Positions 15,071-27,000 of a stretch of DNA of 64,000 nucleotides are shown piece after piece. Position numbers and translations under genes: made by a program. Numbering within the stretch: position 1 is the first letter of the stretch; the number at the start of each line of letters is the position of its first letter. The notes beneath the pieces are model-generated. The model was given only the letters and a program-made list of their open reading frames with translations. It was not told the origin of the DNA and searched no databases. The stretch spans positions 13,826,001 through 13,890,000 of the forward strand of contig OZ024754.1 of assembly GCA_964016885.1 (NCBI GenBank), in the 5' to 3' direction. Source of the stretch: Eledone cirrhosa. Lineage: Eukaryota.

Positions 15071-18000
15071 AAGTATGACCCCGACGGCAGAGCTCAAGCC
15101 GTTTCAACGGCTATTTAATAAATATTTGCTCTATGGTTCTTATATATTTGATATATATTTATCCTTATTCACCAGGCTAAAAATTCTAATTTAGTCCAGA
15201 AATAGCCGTCGAAACAGCTTGAGCTCTGCCGTCGGGGTCATACTTTTTCTTATTTCCCCCTCTACTACCCTAAGTATTGAGTACTCTGGTGCGTTATGGT
15301 CCATCTGGTTCCTTGCCACAATTCCTTTGTTATATATATCATCATCATCATTTTTTACGTCCACTTTTCCCTGCTTGCAAGGGTGGGACGGGAACTGATA
15401 CTGGCTTGATTTCTACAGCTGGATGCCCTTCCTAACACCAACCTCATTTACAGTGAGTGCTGGGTGCTTTTTTTGCCGTGGCACCTCCATGACCACTTTG
15501 CAGTGGAATGATAGGGACACCAGTCCCTATCATCTCATTTCTACAGCTGAGTAAACTGGAGCAATGTGAAATAAAGTGTCTTGCTCAAGGAAACAACACA
15601 TCACCCGGTCCAAGAATTGAACTCACAACCTTTCGATTGCAAGGCCAATGCTCTAACCACTAAGCCATGTGCCTCCGATAAATTACATATTACGAGAAAT
15701 TAACGGAGCCATAGACTCTCGCTATTCCCTGTCATTAATGTGCTCAAAGGAGAAGGAATCCCGAGCCCTTTATAATACAATATGTAGAAAAGATAACACA
15801 CCAGAGAGAGAGACAGTGCGCCATCAGTCAAACAGGGAAAAACCACCAGTGTATGGAATCTATAACCCATGGAAGGCAGAGTAGACACACAATAATTAAA
15901 AGTATAAATCAAAGTGCAAATACGTACCTTGATAACTATCTAACACACACGTACAAATCCAACAGGATCTGTTTCACCAACTAATTTGTTGACGGAAATG
16001 ATTAGCCTATGGTTCATTAGCGTGTGTAAGGCTATACATTTCAGACAACACTAAAAGAATCTAAAGCGACCGTCCAGCCACACGTGGGAGAGAGAATTCA
16101 CAGCGTGCCTAGGGCAGCAACCAGTGGACTCTGAGGGACGAGCTGCTAGAAAGGGCAGCCCAAACCACTCTGTCAACAAATTAGTTGGTGAAACAAATCC
16201 TTTTGGATTTGTACGTGTGTGTTAGATAGTTATCAAGGTATGTGTTTGCACTTTGATTTATACTTTTAATTATCGTGTGTCTACTCTGCCTTCCATGGGT
16301 TATAGATTCCATACACTGGTGGTTTTTCCCTGTTTGACTGATGGCGCACTGTCTCTCACTCTGGTGTGTTATCTTTTCTACATATTGTATTATATATACA
16401 AGTTAGTTCCACAACAGTTAATAAAACATTTTAGAGAGAGTGCCTTTCACCTTGCGGATTTTCAACTTGAGTGAATGGGTTATAGCCAAAAAACAGAAGT
16501 CTATATGAAGAACATCAGTCATGCGCAAGTTCATCAACAAAGGGAACAACTCAAGTTAAACTGATGAAAAAGATACAATTGAGATCGTTCTGGATAAAAA
16601 TAGGTTGGGTCCATAGCAAATGAAATTAGTCTGGGTCCTTGTAGTTACACAATAAGTACTTGGATGTGTGAGGACATCGTTTATAGAAATCATACCTTAT
16701 ATTTAGACAGGTACTGTTACGTAATCTCTGTGGGATATTTATTCGTTCCTCAATGCATAGCCCACAAGACAAATTCCCATTTCCGTATGGCTTAGATTTG
16801 GTCAGAACTTTCCATTGAATGGTGTAATCCACGTCTGTTTTACGGCTATAACCGATTCACTCCACAAGGTGAAACGTGCGTCTTCGAAAATGGTTTATTA
16901 ACTGTTGTGGAACTAACTTCCGAACTTGTTCCATGGACTGAGTGCTCTACTACTACGGATATAACCTCCCAGTGTTCTACCTCTACTTTTTTTCCTAAAA
17001 TAAGTCTCAAAAATGTGTCATGGAGGCCGAAGGTTGTGTATTATTTTTTTTTCAAATTTTTGGTTGTCAAAATTAGGGGTCGTCCTCGAAGATGAAGCAT
17101 CTTCGGCGCTGGGAAATACGGTATATATTGAACAATGTGTGAGATCCTCGATATAGTTAGGTATATTTGAAAAAAAGAAAAGAATGACTTCGCTTGTAGT
17201 TGGTATTCTATAAGAATTTAATTTTATAATTTTGCTTTGTAGATCTAATAAGTCCTTTGTTAACTTCCGCACTTGTCCTACTCGCCAGATTTAGCTCCTG
17301 CGGACTTCTTCCTTTTCCTGAAGATGAAAATCAAGCTCAAAGATCACCATTTTAACACTGTTGCAGAGATCCAGCACAAATCGCAAAAGGTTCTTGACAA
17401 GCTTACAAAACTTGACTTCAAGGCCGCACAACAGGAGTGGCAGAAATGCAAGGAGACTTGCTTAAAGGAGATCATGTTTAAACTTATGTAAATAAAGTAA
17501 TTTTTTAAATAAAGAGCTAGTCTGGAAACTTTTTGACTTTCCCTCGCATATCATTTTTTTCCTGAAAGATTTGATGTCAAAATCTGTCTTATTCACCGAT
17601 GATGTTGACAATTTAGAACAACTACAGAGAATTATGGCAAGAAATGTACATCAAGGGAGTTTATTCTATTAAAAACAAATAAAGTTATTTCCCTTGTAAA
17701 TGGCAACAGGTAAATTATAGATTGTTAATACATTTCCTCCACCCCTCTTCTTTCTTGTTACAGTAAACTACTGGCTCTGATTGATTGACAAGATCCTAGA
17801 CTTTGTTTGTTTGCTGAGTGGCGTGGACCTCGTCAAATCAGCAGAAAGAGGAACGTGAAATAAAATGTCTTGCTCAAGGACACAACACATCACCCGGTCT
17901 GAGAATTGAACTCGCAACTTCACGATTGCGAATCCAACTCTCTAACCACTAAGCTACGCACCTTCACATTATACTACAGTCTGCTTAATCAGAGTTAACC

Positions 18001-21000
18001 TAAGGTTAAACACCAACAGTATACCTGGGACACAAACTAGTAATCTCCCCATTTTGTGAATCAAGACAAGTATTGTACAGCCTCCACACCACCACCATTT
18101 TATCAAAGATGCCCTAACCATCTCCACACCACCGCCATTTTATCAAAGATGCCCTAACCATCTCGACACTACCGCCATTTTATCAAAGATGCCCTAACTA
18201 TCTCCACACCACCACCATTTTATCAAAGATGCCCTAACCATCTCCACACCACCACCATTTTATCAAAGATGCCCTAACCATCTCCACACCACCACCATTT
18301 TATCAAAGATGCCCTAACCATCTCCACACCACCCCCATTTTATCAAAGATGCCCTAACCATCTTGTCTTTATATTCCGACAGAGTGGATCCTACCCAACA
18401 TTATCCAAATGCATTTGGATAGGAAATAAAGAAATTTTGACTGTTATTTCTAGCTCATTGGGCAGTTATATTAAGGTTTCCTTCCTGGTTGAAATAGGGA
18501 TCTCTGATTTAGGCAAAAGACCAATTATTTTTAGGGGAGGAGAAAGTCAATTAAACTGAACCTAGTGCATTACTGGTACTTTATTTTATCGACCCCGTAA
18601 GGATGAAAAGCAAAGCTAACTTCGGCGGGATTTGAACACCGAACGTAAAGGGCCATAACTCTATGTTGCAATGCATGGTGTCTGACACTCTATAATAGTC
18701 AATTAAATCAACCCCAGTGCATTACTGATACTTTATTTTATCGACCCCGTAAGGATGAAAAGCAAAGCTAACTTCGGCGGGATTTGAAATCAGAAGGTAA
18801 TGGGACGTAACTCTATGCAGGGTGCCCGATGCTCTACTGATACTGCCAATCTACTACCCTCTGGTGAAATAATGGTAGTTATTTAATGGTTTGACAAGCT
18901 GACAACATTCAAATCAACAGCAAAGTGAATGGTTGTTGAAACAAAATCATCATTATCATTTAAAGTTCATTTTTCCTACTAGCAAGGGTTGGACAGACCA
19001 AATAAGTACTTAGCCAGACCCCTTCACCTCTCAGAGAGGTATGGGTGGGGGGATCCATACATCCCTGTTCTCTACAGAGGGTACTGAATATGCTTTTATC
19101 ATGGCACCAGGACTAGACAGGTTATCATGTCTTTAACACAAGTGAAAAGAAAGAGAAGAGTAAAATACTTACAACAAACCAGTATCTTTTGTCAAGGAAG
19201 CGACTGTTGGGCCACATTCTCTTGTAGTACATTGACATTAGGCAACCAATAGGAGCACAGAAGATCCAGGCCAAAATCATCAAAATTACTGAAAAATTAG
19301 AAGATTTCATTGAAAGATTACAGTGAAATTCCATTATAAAATAAAATTTGTTGTAATGAAAAATTCTTTATAACGAGATCGACCGAAGCAAATCGAAAGT
19401 GTGGCCGGGGAATAAAAAATATTTTGTTATACTGAAAAATTAGTTATAATGGTATAACGGAATTTTACCTGTATATGAAATAATATTTTTGTGAGTGTAA
19501 ATGAATGATAATATATAATTGTTTCTAGCATAGACACAAGGTCAGTAATTTTGTGGGGGTGCTATTGGGATGAAGGAGTCAATTAAATTAACCCCAGTAC
19601 TTTACAGGTACTTTATTTTATCAACCCAGGAAGAATGAAAGGCAAAGATGACTTTGGCAATATTTGAACTCGGTCATTACACTATATTCAAGATATATTA
19701 CTAAATAGAAAAATAGTACAAGCAATAAATGAAGGCATAATACAGCCACTATATAAATACATTACACTATATTAAGACATAGTACTATCAATACAGCCAC
19801 TATATAAAGATATTATAGTGTCATTACACTATATTAAGACATAGTACTATCAATACAGCCACTATATAAAGATATTATAGTGTCATTACACTATATTAAG
19901 ACATAGTACTATCAATATAGCCACTATATAAAGATATAGTGTCATTACACTATATTAAGACATAGTACTATCAATACAGCCACTATATAAAGATATTATA
20001 GTGTCATTACACTATATTAAGACATAGTACTATCAATATAGCCACTATATAAAGATATAGTGTCATTACACTATATTAAGACATAGTACTATAGATATAT
20101 TTCCTATATAAAGATATTATAGTGTCATTACACTATATTAGCAGAAAGACAACCCTTCGGGTGGTTTTCTGCTAGCATGTGTAGTGTGCATATTGATATT
20201 ATACGCAAATATATATGCATGTAGATATGATCATCATCATTTTACGTCCGCTTTTCCCTGCTTGCAAGGGTGGGACGGGTCTTATTCAGCACAGCATCTC
20301 TCCACTTGTCACGGTCCTTTGTCATCTACACTGTGAGCTTCAGCAATCTGAGGTCTGTTCTCACCACCTCCGCCCATGTTTTTCGTGGTCTACCTCTACC
20401 ACGTCTTCCTTCAACTGGCATTTCCTGGCACTTCTTCACCCATCAGTCATCCTCCATGCGCATCACATGTCCATACCACCTCAGTCTCCTCTTTCTCACA
20501 CTACATTCTATCCCTCTCAGACACAGTTTCTCTCTCAACAGATCCACGCTCGGTCGTTAATGCACATTGACATCGCACATCCAACGGAGCATGCTTGCCT
20601 TTCTCTCCAGCTGTCGCATATACTCTGCAGTTGCTGCACTACCATGCAGCATCATGCTCCTCACACAGGCATCAGATAACCAGCCTTTCATACGCAGGGA
20701 GAAACCCTTCTTCGTCAAATATGTCAAATAAAATCATAATTGACAATTTGCACAGAAATTAAACAAAGTCTGTGTTACACTCTCTTCTGTAATCAGTAAA
20801 GTAATTCATGATACATTAAAAAAAAGACGATATTATATATAAACTGCATATATGATAAACTAAAATGTTATGAAAATGAAAAAGGAGAAAATTAGCGACA
20901 GAAATATAAACTTTATATAACGATGCAAATATATGAACGTTTATATAAGTGATGTGATAAGTGTTAGTTATGATATAAGGGACGCTAACTGGAAGTATTG

Positions 21001-24000
21001 ACATTTGAAAATTTTAAAGAAGTGAATGTTAAAATAAGCAATACTTTATATATAAGAATATTTATGTTTAATGAAGGGATTTGAAATTTAGTAGATAAAT
21101 TACATAATATTCATTCATTATTTATTCAAAGTAATCCAACTTATTTTACTAACGGGATAAAATAAATATAAAATGGACGCCGTCCCGCACTCCCCCTTTT
21201 ATTATATTATAGATTTAAGACGTGCTATGAATACATTCACTATATAAAGACATTACATAGTCATTACACTAAGACATAATACTATCAATACAGCCACTAT
21301 ATAAAGATATAGTGTCATTACACTATATTAAGACATAGTACTATCAATACAGCCACTATATAAAGATATAGTGTCATTACACTATATTAAGACATAGTAC
21401 TATCAATATAGCCACTATATAAAGATATAGTGTCATTACACTATATTAAGACATAGTACTATCAATACAGCCACTATATAAAGATATTATAGTGTCATTA
21501 CACTATATTAAGACATAGTACTATCAATACAGCCACTATATAAAGATATAGTGTCATTACACTATATTAAGACATAGTACTATCAATATAGCCACTATAT
21601 AAAGATATTATAGTGTCATTACACTATATTAAGACATAGTACTATCAATACAGCCACTATATAAAGATATTATAGTGTCATTACACTATATTAAGACATA
21701 GTACTATCAATATAGCCACTATATAAAGATATTATAGTGTCATTACACTATATTAAGACATAGTACTATCAATATAGCCACTATATAAAGATATAGTGTC
21801 ATTACACTATATTAAGACATAGTACTATCAATACAGCCACTATATAAAGATATAGTGTCATTACACTATATTAAGACATAGTACTATCAATACAGCCACT
21901 ATATAAAGATATAGTGCCATTACACTATATTAAGACATAGTACTATCAATATAGCCACTATATAAAGATATAGTGCCATTACACTATATTAAGACATAGT
22001 ACTATCAATACAGCCACTATATAAAGATATTATAGTGTCATTACACTATATTAAGACATAGTACTATCAATATAGCCACTATATAAAGATATTATAGTGT
22101 CATTACACTATATTAAGACAGTACTATCAATACAGCCACTATATAAAGATATTATAGTGTCATTACACTATATTAAGACATAGTACTATCAATATAGCCA
22201 CTATATAAAGATATTATAGTGTTTAGTATATAGGTAGAACATAATGAGGCAAAAACCATTGGAAAAAATGTAAGGGAAATAGAAAGACCATATCAAGACA
22301 GTGTGATCAAGAGATGGTAAAAATGTGACTACTTACCATGGGCTTTAGCAACTGGGTACCTTGAAATACCAGAGATGTCTTCTGTCTCACTCATGTCCAC
22401 TTCTTCTACTGATACTATTGGTACACGGCCAATACCAAGACCATGGATTGTTTTCTTACCTGGAATTTAAGAAGAAAGAGTCAACCAAACCATTACAGCT
22501 ATCATTACCACCTCAAACCTTAACCTCCACTCAACACCTCATGAAACCTTAAGCTCCATCCAACACCACATGAAAGCTCAACATACCATTCCAACCTCGA
22601 CCTCCATTCAACACCACATGAAACCTTAATCTCGACTCAACACCAGATGAAAGCTCAACTTAACATCCCAAGCTCAACCTCCAATCAATACCACATGAAA
22701 GCTCAACTTAACCATCCCAAGCTAAACCTGCACTCAACACCACATGAAAGCTCAACTTAACCATCTCAAGCTAAACCTCCACTCAACTCACCATCCGATG
22801 CTTTACCTCCTCTCTACACCACATGAAAGCTCAACTTAACCATCCCAAACTCAACCTCCATCCAACACCACATGAAAGCTCAACTTACCATCCCAAGCTA
22901 AACCTCCACCCAACACCACATGAAAGCTCAACTTACCATCCCAAGCTAAACCTCCACCCAACACCACATGAAAGCTCAACTTACCATCCCAAGCTTTGCC
23001 TCCACCCATCACCACATAAAAGCTCAACTTACCATCCCAAGCTTTACCTCCACCCAACACCACATGAAAGCTCAACTTACCATCCCAAGCTTTACCTCCA
23101 CCCAACACCACATGAAAGCTCAACTTACCATCCCAAGCTTTACCTCCACTCAACACCACAGGAAAGCTCAACTTACCATCCCAAGCTTTGCCTCCACCCA
23201 ACACCACATGAAAGCTCAACTTACCATCCCAAGCTTTGCCTCCACCCAACACCACATGAAAGCTCAACTTACCATCCCAAGCTTTGCCTCCACCTAACAC
23301 CACATGAAAGCTCAACTTACCATCCCAAGCTTTGCCTCCACCCAACACCACATGAAAGCTCAACTTACCATCCCAAGCTTTGCCTCCACCCAACACCACA
23401 TGAAAGCTCAACTTACCATCCCAAGCTTTGCCTCCACCCAACACCACATGAAAGCTCAACTTACCATCCCAAGCTTTGCCTCCACCCAACACCACATGAA
23501 AGCTCAACTTACCATCCCAAGCTTTGCCTCCACCCAACACCACATGAAAGCTCAACTTACCATCCCAAGCTTTGCCTCCACCCAACACCACATGAAAGCT
23601 CAACTTACCATCCCAAGCTTTGCCTCCACCCAACACCACATGAAAGCTCAACTTACCATCCCAAGCTTTGCCTCCACTCAACACCACATGAAAGCTCAAC
23701 TTACCATCCCAAGCTTTGCCTCCACTCAACACCACATGAAAGCTCAACTTACCATCCCAAGCTTTGCCTCCACCCAACACCACATGAAAGCTCAACTTAC
23801 CATCCCAAGCTTTGCCTCCACCCAACACCACATGAAAGCTCAACTTACCATCCCAACTTTGCCTCCACCCAACACCACATGAAAGCTCAACTTACCATCC
23901 CAAGCTTTGCCTCCACCCAACACCACATGAAAGCTCAACTTACCATCCCAAGCTTTGCCTCCACCCAACACCACATGCCATTTGCCTTCCTTCAACATAA

Positions 24001-27000
24001 AGTCATGTTGGTTGCCAGCACTTTTGTGGACCCGGAATCGGCATCGCAGGCGGTTGTTGTAGTGGGAACCAGTCTCATAGACTATTCCTTTCTTGGGCTG
24101 AGGGAAAGTGAGAGAAAAGAGAGAAGATGAAACAGAGGTGTGAGATAGGCTGTGATAGAGGAGTGGGAGAGAAGGAAGTAAGAGAGAGAAGAGTGGGAGA
24201 GAGGGAAGTAAGAGAGTGCAGAGTGGGAGAGAGGGAAGTAAGAGAGAGGGGAGTGGGAGAGAGGGAAGTAAGAGAGAGGGGAGAGAGGGAAGTAAGAGAG
24301 AGGGGAGTGGGAGAGAAGGAAGTAAGAGAGAGAAGAGTGGGAGAGAAGGAAGTAAGAGAGAGAAGAGTGGGAGAGAAGGAAGTAAGAGAGAGAAGAGTGG
24401 GAGAGAGGGAAGTAAGAGAGAGAAGAGTGGGAGAGAGGGAAGTAAGAGAGAGGGGAGTGGGAGAGAGGGAAGTAAGAGAGAGGGGAGTGGGAGAGAGGGA
24501 AGTAAGAGAGAGGGGAGAGAGGGAAGTAAGAGAGAGGGGAGTGGGAGAGAGGGAAGTAAGAGAGAGAGGAGTGGGAGGGAGGGAAGAGAGAGGAGTGGGA
24601 GAGAGGGAAGAGAGAGAGGAGTGGGAGAGAGGGAAGAGAGAGAGGAGTGGGAGGGAGGGAAGAGAGAGAGGAGTGGGAGAGAGAGGAGTGGGAGAGAGAG
24701 GAGTGGGAGGGAGGGAAGAGAGAGAGGAGTGGGAGAGAGGGAAGAGAGAGAGGAGTGGGAGAGAGGGAAGTAAGAGAGAGAGGAGAGGGAGAGTGAGGTA
24801 TCAGAGAGAGGGAGAGGATGAGAGCGAGGTGAGAGGGAGAGAGGGTGATATAAGAGAGAGGAGAGGAAAGGAAAGAGAATGAGGTATGAGAGGAAAGAGA
24901 GAGAGAGAGAGAGAGAATATGAGAGAGAAAGGATAGACATATAGGCAAGAGAAGAAGAGAGAGAAAATATGGAACAGAGGTAGGAGAAAGAGAATAAAGG
25001 GTGACTGGACAGACAGACAGACAGAAAGCCAGACAGACAGACAGACAGACAGACAGAAAGCTAGAGAGACAGACAGAGAGAAAGGCAGTGAGACAGACAG
25101 AAAGCTAGACAGACAGGGAGACAGGTAGATAACCAGACAGACAGTGAGTGAGTGAGTGAGTGAGAGAGAGAGTTGTACCTACCTCTGATAACTCAACAAT
25201 ATCATTCACTCCTCTAATGTAGGAGAGTGACACAGACACTATTCCATGTTTGAAATCTTCAATACAGTCAAAAGCATAGTCATCACCCTGGACAGAAATA
25301 TAGAAATATAATGGGATTAGATGTGTGTAAAGTAGTTAGTAGTAAATAATAGATATAATGGGATTAGATGTATGTAAAGTAGTTAGTAGTAAATAATAGA
25401 TATAATGGGATTAGATAAATGTAAAGTAGTTAGTAGTAAATAATAGATATAATGGGATTAGATGTATGTAAAGTAGTTAGTAGTAAATAATAGATATAAT
25501 GGGATTAGATGTGTGTAAAGTAGTTAGTAGTAAATAATAGATATAATGGGATTAGATAAATGTAAAGTAGTTAGTAGTAAATAATAGATATAATGGGATT
25601 AGATGTATGTAAAGTAGTTAGTAGTAAATAATAGATATAATGAGATTAGATGTATGTAAAGTAGTTAGTAGTAAATAATAGATATAATGAGATTAGATAT
25701 ATATAAAGTAGTTAGTAGTAAATAATAGATATAATGGGATTAGATATATGTAAAGTAGTTAGTAGTAAATAATAGATATAATGGGATTAGATATATGTAA
25801 AGTAGTTAGTAGTAAATAATAGATATAATGAGATTAGATATATATAAAGTAGTTAGTAGTAAATAATAGATATAATGAGATTAGATATATGTAAAGTAGT
25901 TAGTAGTAAATAATAGATATAATGAGATTAGATGTATGTAAAGTAGTTAGTAGTACATAATAGATATAATGGGATTAGATGTATGTAAAGTAGTTAGTAG
26001 TAAATAATAGATATAATGGGATTAGATATATGTAAAGTAGTTAGTAGTAAATAATAGATATAATGAGATTAGATGTATGTAAAGTAATTAGTAGTAAATA
26101 ATAGATATAATGGGATTAGATATATGTAAAGTAGTTAGTAGTAAATAATAGATATAATGGGATTAGATATATATAAAGTAGTTAGTAGTAAATAATAGAT
26201 ATGAGATTAGATATATGTAAAATAGTTAGTAGTAAATAATAGATATAATGAGATTAGATGTATGTAAAGTAATTAGTAGTAAATAATAGATATAATGGGA
26301 TTAGATATATGTAAAGTAGTTAGTAGTAAATAATAGATATAATGGGATTAGATATATGTAAAGTAGTTAGTAGTAAATAATAGATATAATGAGATTAGAT
26401 ATATATAAAGTAGTTAGTAGTAAATAATAGATATAATGAGATTAGATATATGTAAAGTAGTTAGTAGTAAATAATAGATATAATGAGATTAGATGTATGT
26501 AAAGTAGTTAGTAGTACATAATAGATATAATGGGATTAGATGTATGTAAAGTAGTTAGTAGTAAATAATAGATATAATGGGATTAGATATATGTAAAGTA
26601 GTTAGTAGTAAATAATAGATATAATGAGATTAGATGTATGTAAAGTAATTAGTAGTAAATAATAGATATAATGGGATTAGATATATGTAAAGTAGTTAGT
26701 AGTAAATAATAGATATAATGGGATTAGATATATATAAAGTAGTTAGTAGTAAATAATAGATATGAGATTAGATATATGTAAAATAGTTAGTAGTAAATAA
26801 TAGATATAATGAGATTAGATATATGTAAAGTAGTTAGTAGTAAATAATAGATATAATGAGATTAGATGTATGTAAAATAGTTAGTAGTACATAATAGATA
26901 TAATGGGATTAGATGTATGTAAAGTAGTTAGTAGTAAATAATAGATATAATGAGATTAGATATATATAAAGTAGTTAGTAGTAAATAATAGATATAATGG

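Larger units (their letters stand above)
19676..22220. repeat. 59-62-bp AT-rich minisatellite split by a Helitron insertion
   Basis: unit cattacactatattaagacatagtactatcaatacagccactatataaagatat(tat)agtgt; blocks 19676-20137 and 21214-22220. Confidence 0.9.

Noticed and set aside
22823-24130. 435 aa plus-strand His/Pro repeat ORF
   Set aside because: Antisense reading of the donor-site array and exon 7
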